The notes under the pieces: model-generated
Seen by the model: only the letters and a program-made list of their open reading frames with translations
Told to the model about the DNA's origin: nothing
Database searches by the model: none
Part shown: piece by piece, positions 20,252-28,100 of the stretch
Position numbering within the stretch: position 1 is the first letter of the stretch
Layout of the letters: each line of letters begins with the position of its first letter
Program-made: the position numbers and the translations under genes
Assembly: GCF_000012805.1 (NCBI RefSeq)
Contig: NC_007484.1
Span: 1,710,001-1,742,000, forward strand
Length of the DNA: 32,000 nt
Origin: Nitrosococcus oceani ATCC 19707
GTDB taxonomy: Bacteria > Pseudomonadota > Gammaproteobacteria > Nitrosococcales > Nitrosococcaceae
Direction of reading: 5' to 3'

Positions 20252-21265
20252 TCAATTTTTAAACGCTTCTTGAGCCTCCGTTACCAAGGTTTGCCGCCGA
20301 TCCGAGTAGCGGGGTGAAAAGTTGATAGGCACCAGTTTTTTGACCCCTGCCTCCCGGGCGATCCAGCCAGCCTGCCGGGCCGTGAGATGCTGTTTTTCTG
20401 CGGCCATTTCCGCATCTTTATGGAGAAAGGTAGTTTCGATGAAGAGGAGATGAGAACCTTGAATCAACTCTACTATCTTTTGGCAATTGCTTCTCGAGTA
20501 GCGTATATCGACAATATAACTGATTTTCTGCCCGGGAGAAGTGCGCGAGATCTGCCGTTTTAATAGGCCGAGAGGTAAGTATTTTTGGTATTTTTTTCCG
20601 TTTTCCTGTCGCCATATCCTGATGGGTGTGTCATCAGGTTGTTGGGTTAGGATCGCCCGCTTTAAATCATGAAGCCAAGGCCCTACCGGTAAACTCAATG
20701 CTTGCAAGCGGTTCTTCCATATATTGATGTGCTGGCTTTCTTCGATGGTAAAGCCTAAGCAAGGAATGCCATGATCTAAAATCGCGGTGCGTACCCGAAA
20801 AGCGGGTTCTGCTATCAGTACGCCAGGGGAAAGATCTGAATTATTTTCCTGATGTTCTTGGGAGAAGGCCCGTTGGCAGCGAAAAAGCGCTTGCCGGCTA
20901 GCTGCGTTAGGGTGTAATTCGGTGGCTATAAAGGCCAGATTATTGTCGTAGTTATGGACGAGATTCCAACTGTAAGCTTTCAGCTTATGTTCTAGCTGAT
21001 CGATAAAGCCAGGAGGTCCAAACAGCCGTATTTTCTTTTCTCTCCTAAGCACTAATCGCAGCAACCAATCAAAATCCGCAAAATGATCCATGTGAGTATG
21101 AGAAATGAAGATATCGCTAATTCTCAGAATCTTTCGTGGGGGAAGGGCACGAATATCTCCTAGGTCAAATAATAGCGCGCGTTTCTGAAACAAAAAATCC
21201 AGGTAGAGTACCGGATCGTCAAAAGGATCATTCACCACTAGCGGCTGTAATAGAGGTTTCGTCAC
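20252..21265 (-). CDS. MBL-fold metallo-hydrolase (RNase Z/ElaC-like)
   Basis: Metallo-beta-lactamase motif 'ISHTHMDHFADF'. The start is GTG. I cannot infer a substrate. Confidence 0.75.
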   Translation of the reverse strand: MTKPLLQPLVVNDPFDDPVLYLDFLFQKRALLFDLGDIRALPPRKILRISDIFISHTHMDHFADFDWLLRLVLRREKKIRLFGPPGFIDQLEHKLKAYSWNLVHNYDNNLAFIATELHPNAASRQALFRCQRAFSQEHQENNSDLSPGVLIAEPAFRVRTAILDHGIPCLGFTIEESQHINIWKNRLQALSLPVGPWLHDLKRAILTQQPDDTPIRIWRQENGKKYQKYLPLGLLKRQISRTSPGQKISYIVDIRYSRSNCQKIVELIQGSHLLFIETTFLHKDAEMAAEKQHLTARQAGWIAREAGVKKLVPINFSPRYSDRRQTLVTEAQEAFKN

Positions 21266-21462
21266 CTACTTACGCCGTGTCCATTAATTTTTGAAGCTAA
21301 ACAGGGATGTTTAGCGACCCCCTAGCGAGGTTGCCCGCCTGCAGCGGGCAGGCGGAGTGACACAACGCATTGGGCGCGAGGGCCAAAATTGCTATCCGTC
21401 ATGGCGAAACTCCAAAGTCAGGAAAAGCGAGAAGTCGTGAGGATCTGTAAACCTCTCTGAAT

Positions 21463-21861
21463 TCATAGGGTGGGGTGGGCTTTTTCCCTATGGGTGCGTT
21501 CATGCCTCGTTTGACAATCAAAACAGCGCTTTACTGTCGGGTTAATTTGCAGGCGCTGATAGTCTATGTCCGTGTTGCAATCGATACAGATGCCATAATT
21601 CCCCTTGGGAAAGCGCATCAGGGCCTGTTCAATATTCCGAATTTCCTCAATGTGAAGGTCCACTATGGCAAGGTCGATATCTATTAGCAGATCGGCAAGG
21701 GAGGCATCTTCTCGATCATGTACTCTACCTGCGAGTTCGATATAGGATTGATTATCGCTCTCCCGGAGTTCCTGGCGTACCTTCTCCGATACTTCATCAA
21801 ATCGTTGCTGTAGCTGTTGTTTAAATTCCCGGCGCTGCTGGTCTGAAAGCTCCCGTGTCAT
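21463..21861 (-). CDS. DksA/TraR-family C4 zinc-finger protein
   Basis: Coiled-coil N-terminus and 'CIDCNTDIDYQRLQINPTVKRCFDC' (CxxC-N17-CxxC). Confidence 0.82.
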   Translation of the reverse strand: MTRELSDQQRREFKQQLQQRFDEVSEKVRQELRESDNQSYIELAGRVHDREDASLADLLIDIDLAIVDLHIEEIRNIEQALMRFPKGNYGICIDCNTDIDYQRLQINPTVKRCFDCQTRHERTHREKAHPTL

Positions 21862-21944
21862 ACTCGTACCTCCATTAAGGGATTCAGTTCAGCTCTAGGA
21901 AGGAGTAATCATATCGTCCCCCATAGCTATTTACCCTTTATATT

Positions 21945-22358
21945 TTAGAGAATAGTTGGTAAAAATTCCTGGGTTCTTTTCTGTTTTGGCCGGGAGAAAA
22001 TAATCTCTGGCGTATTGTCTTCAACAATTTTTCCTTCCGCCATGAAAATGATGCGGTCTGCAATTTCTTACGCAAAATTCATTTCATGGGTGACAATTAA
22101 CATGGTCATCTCGCTTTCTGCTGCAATTTTCCGAGGCACATTAAGCACTTCCCCCACCAGTTGAGGCTCCAAGGCTGAGCTAACTTCATCAAAATGCATA
22201 ATTTGCGGTCGCAGAGCCAAGGCGCGAGCAATCGCTACTCGTTGTTTTTGTCCTCCAGAGAGTTGAGCCGGATAGTTTTCCACTTTATCGTCTAAGATGC
22301 TGATTAGTCGGGATTTCCCGGCCACCACTACAAAAAGGCACTTAGTGCCTTTTTTCAA
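21945..22358 (-). pseudogene. Amino-acid-type ABC transporter ATPase relic, missing the Walker A half and carrying an in-frame TAA
   Basis: 'YPAQLSGGQKQRVAIARALALRPQIMHFDE' (signature plus Walker B) and 'LIVTHEMNFA'. A TAA at 22068-22070 follows, then in the same frame 'EIADRIIFMAEGKIVEDNTPEIIFSRPKQKRTQEFLPTIL', with the stop at 21945-21947. The ~130 N-terminal residues are absent. Confidence 0.8.
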
Positions 22359-22473
22359 ACTTCTGCGACGAGATTGAGCAGGGCTAACCTCCGGTTCACT
22401 TGTAAATAGTTCAAAACTTTACAAGGAGGCTTAGATAGTCTTCTCTTTACGTCTGGACAGAATTTGACTCTGG

Positions 22474-23838
22474 TCAGTTCCGTGCTTTCGGGCCTGAATC
22501 GTTCATCTGGATGCGTACCGCCATCGAGCCTAGCATCGGTTTACCGGCGGTTTCGGGAATGATTAGAATGGGTACTATGGCGATAGCTGCTGCCAGCATC
22601 AGATAGTAGGCAGGCACAAAGTTATCACCGGTGGTCGCGATCAACCAGGTAATAACCAAGGGGGCAGTGCCGCCAAACAGAGCGGTGGAAATATTGTAGG
22701 AAATGGCAAAGCCGCCGTACCGGATGTGGGTTGGGAAAATAGCAGGTAAAGTAGCCGGCATGACACCCGCAAGCGCTACCACAAGTGTGCCTAGAATGGC
22801 CAAACCGATGACGGTGGTGGTGATACTGTGTTGTGACAGTAACCAAAATGCTGGGTATGACAAAATGATAAAGCCGATACAAGCGCCTACCAGCACCGGT
22901 TTACGCCCCACGTGGTCTGATAGTTTGCCCACCATATTGATGACGCACATCATGGCTAACATCGTCAGCACGAGAAATACCAGTGAGCGGGAGGCATCTA
23001 TATGCAGTACCTCGGTGAGGTAGCTTGGCAGGTAACTGAGCACCGTATAGTAGGCGATGTTGAGTATCAGTACCAAGCCGATGCAGAGCGCCTGTAGACG
23101 TAGATTAACGATAAGAATTTCCCGAAAGGAGGAATCCTTTTGCTCCGCATCTTCCTTCATCTGTTTAAATGCCGGGCTTTCTTTGAGTTTCAGGCGCAGG
23201 TAGAGTCCGAGTAGCCCTAAGGGACCCGCTATCAGAAAGGGGATACGCCAGCCCCAGGTGAAAAATTCTTCACTGGTAAGCACCATCGAGATGCCGGTAA
23301 CTAGAACGGCGCCTAGCGTGTAGCCGCCTAGCGTGCCGAACTCCAACCAACTTCCCAAAAAGCCACGCCGGTTATCAGGCGAGAATTCACAAATAAATGT
23401 GGCGGCACCGCCGTATTCACCGCCGGTAGAGAAGCCCTGCACCAATCTCGCCAGGATTAGGCCAATGGGCGCCCAAACGCCGATCGACGCGTAACTTGGA
23501 ATGATCCCAATACAAAAGGTGGCGACCGACATCAAGATGATAGTTAGTGCCAGCACTTTGTTGCGGCCTACCTTGTCTCCCAAAGGGCCGAAGAAAAAGC
23601 CTCCCAGGGGTCTTACTACAAAGGCAAGGGTGAACACACCGAAGGATGCTAACAGAGAGGCGGTATTACTGTGAGAGGGAAAGAACACATGCCCTATTGT
23701 GGCTGCGGTGTAGCTGTAGATGCTAAAATCGAACCATTCCAACGCATTACCCATGGCGGCTGCGGTGACGGCGCGTTTAACCTCCGATTCGTCAACGATA
23801 TGAGCTTCAGTCGTGTCTGCAGTAGCCTCAGTATCCAT
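22474..23838 (-). CDS. MFS metabolite:H+ symporter (MHS family, ProP-like), candidate osmoprotectant importer
   Basis: 'GNALEWFDFSIYSYTAATIGHVFFP' and 'RPLGGFFFGPLGDKVGRNKVL' are MHS-family hallmarks, and there are 12 TM-like segments. The substrate is inferred only from adjacency to the ect genes. Confidence 0.8.
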   Translation of the reverse strand: MDTEATADTTEAHIVDESEVKRAVTAAAMGNALEWFDFSIYSYTAATIGHVFFPSHSNTASLLASFGVFTLAFVVRPLGGFFFGPLGDKVGRNKVLALTIILMSVATFCIGIIPSYASIGVWAPIGLILARLVQGFSTGGEYGGAATFICEFSPDNRRGFLGSWLEFGTLGGYTLGAVLVTGISMVLTSEEFFTWGWRIPFLIAGPLGLLGLYLRLKLKESPAFKQMKEDAEQKDSSFREILIVNLRLQALCIGLVLILNIAYYTVLSYLPSYLTEVLHIDASRSLVFLVLTMLAMMCVINMVGKLSDHVGRKPVLVGACIGFIILSYPAFWLLSQHSITTTVIGLAILGTLVVALAGVMPATLPAIFPTHIRYGGFAISYNISTALFGGTAPLVITWLIATTGDNFVPAYYLMLAAAIAIVPILIIPETAGKPMLGSMAVRIQMNDSGPKARN

Positions 23839-23919
23839 GGCGTCTTCCCTGTATTTTTAGGATCGTTTTTTCACGCTAGCAACTCTGATATGAGAGCGCA
23901 AATGGATTAAGCAACATTC

Positions 23920-24430
23920 TTTGGCTGTTGCTTTGGGCTATCGATCCAGCATAGGCGTCATCAGCAACGATTTTTTCGATAAACGGGAAACGCACCGTAC
24001 TTCTGTCCACAGCCAGCATAGCACCCGTCATGCTCCTGTATTCCTGCACAATGCAGTGCATACATCGTTCTTCAGAATCATGTCGAGAATATCAACGACG
24101 ATATGGCGTTTCTAGCCCTTGGTATTTTTGCCCGTGTCAAAATCCGACATCCCCTCTTGCATGTGCGTCTATAATCGCTAGCGGCGGGTTTTTCCTCCCG
24201 GCCTTCGAAGGTCCGCACAGCCTGCCACAAAACTTTCTTTCCTATGGGCCATCGCGTATCTAGTCTCGGAAATAGCCGTAAACCACCTGCCATGGTGGAA
24301 AATCTCTGGGCAGCATATCCTACTGCCAGCCTGGTTACAGCAGATAGAAAATTACATTCACGACCGTACCCAAGCATGTTGTATGCGAGCGGCCTGTGTT
24401 GGCAGTGGCGGTATTAGTGCTTATTTTTTT
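23920..24430 (-). pseudogene. IS5-family (DDE) transposase relic with multiple frameshifts and stops, truncated at both ends
   Basis: Hand translation across three frames recovers 'NVIFYLL..GWQ..MLPRDFPPWQVVYGYFRD', 'GRKNPPLAIIDA', 'KG*KRHIVVDIL' and 'FPFIEKIVADDAYAG'. This mirrors the IS5-group consensus '[33 protein letters not shown]...GRE..PSAAIIDSQSVK...KGRKRHILVD...IWADGGYAG'. Confidence 0.7.
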
Positions 24431-24458
24431 TCATGTTTTCCCAATATCAAATTTGTAC

Positions 24459-25367
24459 TTAAATAGGTATAAAATCACGGTTGGCAATATATTCCGGGCG
24501 CGGTTCTAGCCCGCAATAGGGCTGCACTAAAGTATTTTCCATACTGTTATAGACAAAAAATATGTTGCTCCGCGGCCAAGGAGAAATGTTCGAATTAGAG
24601 CCGTGCATAAGGTTACATTCGAAAAATATGACCGAGCCCGCGGGGCCACGGGGAGCCACTATTCCGCCGATATCGACAAGCCTGCGGAGACTTTCATTGT
24701 CGGGCACCCCATACTCCTGTTTTCTCAGGGAAGACTTATAGTGATCCTTGGGCGTTTTTCCAACACAGCAAAGGAAATACCAATGTGATTGAGGAATCAG
24801 CATCAAGGGGCCATTATAGAAACTATTCTCGGTCAGGGTAATAGAGCAACTAAGTGCCCGCATACGGGGCATGCCATCTTCCTGGTGCCAGGTTTCAAAG
24901 TCGGAATGCCAATAAAATTCCTTCCCCTGGAAGCCGGGTTTGTAATTAATTCGGGATTGATGAATATAGACCCGGCTATTAAGCAATTGAGTGATAATGT
25001 TGACAATGCGCTTATCTCGGGAGAGCCGGTCGAACAGCTCATTGGTGCGATGGATATCAAAGATGGAACGCACCTCTTGGCGTTCAGGTTCCAGGATAGT
25101 TTGCGGCGCCTTTTTGACACTCGCCGTATCGGAAAGTACCTTCAGCTCGTCGCGATAGCGTTGTATTTCTTTTTGGGAGAATAGATCCTGAAAAAAAAGA
25201 TATCCCTTTTTTTCATAAAATTCTACCTGCTCTTGGTTCAGCGGGCCTGAGCCTGGCGATTGTCCATAAAAAACGGGATCGCGACGCTCAAAAAGATGCG
25301 GTGTATTACCAATGCGGGACGGGTACAAATCCTCATGGTAATCAAGCAAATCTTGATTGTAGGCCAT
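24459..25367 (-). CDS. ectD: Ectoine hydroxylase (Fe(II)/2-oxoglutarate dioxygenase)
   Basis: Contains the EctD signature 'FYWHSDFETWHQEDGMPRMRALS' (consensus F-x-WHSDFETWH-x-EDG-M/L-P). The 302-aa length fits, and GGAGG lies upstream of the ATG. Confidence 0.92.
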   Translation of the reverse strand: MAYNQDLLDYHEDLYPSRIGNTPHLFERRDPVFYGQSPGSGPLNQEQVEFYEKKGYLFFQDLFSQKEIQRYRDELKVLSDTASVKKAPQTILEPERQEVRSIFDIHRTNELFDRLSRDKRIVNIITQLLNSRVYIHQSRINYKPGFQGKEFYWHSDFETWHQEDGMPRMRALSCSITLTENSFYNGPLMLIPQSHWYFLCCVGKTPKDHYKSSLRKQEYGVPDNESLRRLVDIGGIVAPRGPAGSVIFFECNLMHGSNSNISPWPRSNIFFVYNSMENTLVQPYCGLEPRPEYIANRDFIPI

Positions 25368-25446
25368 GCAATTAACCTCCTTCTGCCTTATCGGTTCTCC
25401 CTTGCGGATTGCGATGTTTTAGATCAATCAGTATAGGACATTATAG

Positions 25447-25492
25447 ATGATGGCGAATGGGGTGGCTGTACAAGCACCCCATCCGCCATCAT
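25447..25492 (-). promoter_or_regulatory. Long hairpin (18-bp stem, 10-nt loop) in the ectB-ectD spacer
   Basis: 25447-25464 pairs with 25475-25492. The single A/C mismatch on the + strand becomes a U-G wobble on the - strand, which is the ect mRNA sense. No U-tract follows on the - strand, and a TATAAT hexamer lies immediately 3' of it in that sense. Confidence 0.55.
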
Positions 25493-25606
25493 TCTGTTTA
25501 CCGGTATAGTGTCTGTAAAACGTGTTTAAGTGCTTCGGCCAGCACTCCGGGTTCCTGCCCGTATACGCCCATCACAGATTTAACCTGGGATGGTAAGTCT
25601 ACTGGC

Positions 25607-26908
25607 TTAAACTGCCTCAGTAGCTAATTGCTGGGTATTACCACTGCGCTTTTCCCGTTTGCGGGTAAGCAGGTTTCCTATTGCCTGATCGATAATACCC
25701 AGTCCTTCTCGTAAAATCGTTTCTTCAATTGTCAGGGAGGGTAAAAATTTCAGTACTTGATCATCGGCCCCCGCAATTTCAATGATGACTCCATTTTCAA
25801 AGGCTTCTTTAGAGACCTCGCTGGTAAATCCATTGCGGGGCATTTCTAAGCCCCAAATCATTCCCACACCCCGGACCTTGCCATTCAATTCGGGATATTT
25901 TTTGGCAATCGCTTTCAGTTCGGTTTCTATAATCTCGCCTTTATATTTTACTGCTTCCGTTAAATCATCATTCTCCCAGTAAGCAGAAAGGGATTCGACT
26001 GCGGCTACAAAAGCCAGGTTATTACCACGGAAGGTTCCGGTGTGTTCCCCTGGTTTCCACTGGTCCAGTTCTGGGCGCATTAATAACAATGATAAGGGGA
26101 GCCCGCCGCCAATGGATTTTGACAGGGTGACCATGTCGGGGGTAATGCCGGCCCGTTCAAAACTGAAAAAAGTGCCCGTGCGGCCATTGCCCACCTGGAT
26201 ATCATCGACGATAAGCAGGATATCGAACTCACGGCAAAGCCGTTCTAATCGCCGCAGCCACTCATCGCTAGCTACGTTGATTCCGCCTTCGGCTTGAACG
26301 GTTTCCAGGATAACCGCTGCGGGGAGATCCACCCCACTGCTGGAATCTTCTAAAAAGCGGCGGAAATACTCAATGGTATCCACGTCTGGCCCAAAATAAC
26401 CATCATAAGGCATGAAGGCTGAATTATTCCGGATACCATAGGACTCATCCCGATAAAAGGTGTTTCCAGTAACGGCGAGAGAACCCATGGTCAGACCGTG
26501 GTAGCCATTGGTGAAGGCGATGACATTGGAGCGCCGTTTGATCATGCGGGCCAGTTTTAGCGCCGTTTCTGTCGCATTGGTTCCGGTAGGCCCGGTGAAC
26601 TGCACTTTGTATTCGAAATTTCTAGGAGATAGAATCGTGTCATAGAATTTTTGCAAGAACGCCACTTTGGCCACGGTAGCCTTGTCTAGCCCGTGGATGA
26701 TTCCGTCCCGTTCAATATATTTTAATAGCGCTTTGGAAATAATAGGGTTGTTATGGCCATAATTCAGGGTGCCCGCGCCAGAAAAAAAATCAATATATTC
26801 ATTTCCTTGCTCATCATAGAGGTAAGAACCCTTCGCTGTGTCAAAGACGACAGGAAAAGAACGAACATAGCCACGGACTTCTGATTCCAGTTGCTCAATA
26901 ATTCTCAT
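25607..26908 (-). CDS. ectB: Diaminobutyrate-2-oxoglutarate transaminase
   Basis: Class-III aminotransferase: 'FFSGAGTLNYGHNNP', 'DDIQVGNGRTGTFFSFE', and the PLP-lysine region 'VTLSKSIGGGLPLS'. It sits between ectA and ectD. Confidence 0.92.
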   Translation of the reverse strand: MRIIEQLESEVRGYVRSFPVVFDTAKGSYLYDEQGNEYIDFFSGAGTLNYGHNNPIISKALLKYIERDGIIHGLDKATVAKVAFLQKFYDTILSPRNFEYKVQFTGPTGTNATETALKLARMIKRRSNVIAFTNGYHGLTMGSLAVTGNTFYRDESYGIRNNSAFMPYDGYFGPDVDTIEYFRRFLEDSSSGVDLPAAVILETVQAEGGINVASDEWLRRLERLCREFDILLIVDDIQVGNGRTGTFFSFERAGITPDMVTLSKSIGGGLPLSLLLMRPELDQWKPGEHTGTFRGNNLAFVAAVESLSAYWENDDLTEAVKYKGEIIETELKAIAKKYPELNGKVRGVGMIWGLEMPRNGFTSEVSKEAFENGVIIEIAGADDQVLKFLPSLTIEETILREGLGIIDQAIGNLLTRKREKRSGNTQQLATEAV

Positions 26909-26957
26909 AACTTTAGTCCTTGTCAGTCGTTAATCTTAATCGATAAAGTAAGTTTAG

Positions 26958-27007
26958 AATGATCGATCATTAAAATAGAGGTTAAATAAAAAATATAGGT
27001 TAAATAA
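26958..27007 (-). promoter_or_regulatory. AT-rich ectA-ectB spacer with a 14-bp perfect palindrome and two 11-nt direct repeats
   Basis: AATGATCGATCATT lies at 26958-26971. AGGTTAAATAA occurs at 26979-26989 and 26997-27007, an 18-nt period. Function is not established. Confidence 0.4.
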
Positions 27008-27496
27008 TTATTGGAGATTTTTAGCTTCAAAGGGGCCAAGACGAAGGAATGGTTCTGATTCATGGTTTCCGGTTGGAAATAAGGATTCATCGAAGCCCGG
27101 TATTTCAACCAACTCAGTGTTTAAATCCCGTGCCAGCGAGTTAAAGAGTGCGCGCGAAGCAGTATTGGAGGGGCTCACCGTCGTTTCTAGAAACGTTACC
27201 TTATGGTCCGCATTGCGCCGCAAAAGTTCCTTGAGCATAGATAAAGCAAGCCCTTTGCCGCGGGCCTGGGGGGAAACCGCTATCTGCCATATAAAGAGTG
27301 AATGAGGGGCTGTTGGTAGGCGGTATCCCGTGACGAAGGCAAGTATTTCGTCATTGTTATCGGCGACCAAACAGGCATCCGTAAAATGCTTACACAAAAT
27401 GAGATAACAGTAAGTTGAATTTAAGTCGAGCGTGCCGGATTCTTTGACTAACTGCCAAATTTTGGGTGCATCTTGAATGGTTGGATGGCGAAACAA
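27008..27496 (-). CDS. ectA: L-2,4-diaminobutyrate acetyltransferase (GNAT)
   Basis: GNAT core 'IWQIAVSPQARGKGLALSML'. The position is directly upstream of ectB. The start is TTG, with AAGGAG 7 nt upstream. Confidence 0.85.
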   Translation of the reverse strand: MFRHPTIQDAPKIWQLVKESGTLDLNSTYCYLILCKHFTDACLVADNNDEILAFVTGYRLPTAPHSLFIWQIAVSPQARGKGLALSMLKELLRRNADHKVTFLETTVSPSNTASRALFNSLARDLNTELVEIPGFDESLFPTGNHESEPFLRLGPFEAKNLQ

Positions 27497-27513
27497 GGAT
27501 AGCTCCTTAATGT

Positions 27514-27542
27514 AGGTTAAGGCTTAGTGATTGACTTAACCT
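27514..27542 (-). promoter_or_regulatory. Inverted repeat AGGTTAAG-N13-CTTAACCT immediately 5' of the ectA Shine-Dalgarno
   Basis: Read directly. In mRNA sense the 3' arm ends 5 nt before AAGGAG. This could be a leader hairpin or an operator. Confidence 0.4.
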
Positions 27543-27733
27543 CAATGAGATATTGCGGTGTCTATTTTGACATGGCGGTTAACGCAGTTTGAACTAGGCT
27601 GGGATTTTATGCCAACCTTCTTTATTCATGGGTATCTGGTGAAGAAGTTTTTCAGTAGCGGTGTTCTTCGGAATTTTGTTGAGCTTAATGGTTTCGAAAG
27701 GATACCTCTATCAGGGTAATGGGATTGAATTAC

Positions 27734-27761
27734 AAAATAGCTGATGAATCAGCTATTTTTT
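27734..27761. terminator. Bidirectional rho-independent-type terminator between the tnpB element and the ectA upstream region
   Basis: A perfect 12-nt inverted repeat, aaaatagctgat/atcagctatttt, has only 2 nt between the arms. A T-run follows on the + strand, and an A-run precedes it, giving a U-run on the - strand. Confidence 0.6.
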
Positions 27762-27924
27762 GTTATAGCATAAGGATTAACAGCATAGTTTATAGAATAG
27801 GAAAGGATATAGCAAGTTTAGGCCTATTGGCAGTTAATATCCAAGCAATTCAGGTAACAGTCATCAAAGTATAGATAATACTTTGGTAGATAGCATTCTA
27901 AGCTTATACTTAAAAATAAATAAA

Positions 27925-28100
27925 TCTGTACCGCTTATTACCCGCAGAGGGTAAAGCTGCTTTTGGAGTTGGCGGCTAACGCTCGCGACCGGGGCTGAGC
28001 GCACCCCTGCGCTCTCGCTCACCGCGCTTTTCCTGCTTCGTCCCAGCCCTTGGGTAGTGTCCGTCATCGAGTGACAGCCTCCTCCGGTTTGTGTGCCAGT
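27925..28100 (-). ncRNA. Predicted omega/reRNA region of the tnpB element; boundaries are not determined
   Basis: This is by analogy only. In characterised TnpB systems the guide RNA scaffold overlaps the 3' end of tnpB and the right end. This stretch is GC-rich and hairpin-rich, for example ttaccc-tctgc-gggtaa in - sense at 27938-27954. Confidence 0.3.

Noticed and set aside
21333-21355. Overlapping palindromes gcccgc-ctgca-gcgggc and ccgcctgc-agcgg-gcaggcgg between the dksA-like and MBL genes, as a terminator or riboswitch
   Set aside because: No U-tract follows on the transcribed (-) strand, and I do not recognise any known RNA family in the 197-bp spacer. This may merit an Rfam scan, but nothing is supportable from sequence alone.
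23876-24377. ORFs 23876..24061 (61 aa) and 24078..24377 (99 aa) as independent genes
   Set aside because: They are pieces of one decayed IS5-family transposase read in different frames.
25368-25606. A remnant of ectC (or of ask_ect) in the ectB-ectD spacer
   Set aside because: All three - strand frames were translated by hand. The longest reads 'PVDLPSQVKSVMGVYGQEPGVLAEALKHVLQTLYR' and shows no cupin/EctC motifs. A faint resemblance to an ACT-domain turn is too weak to claim.
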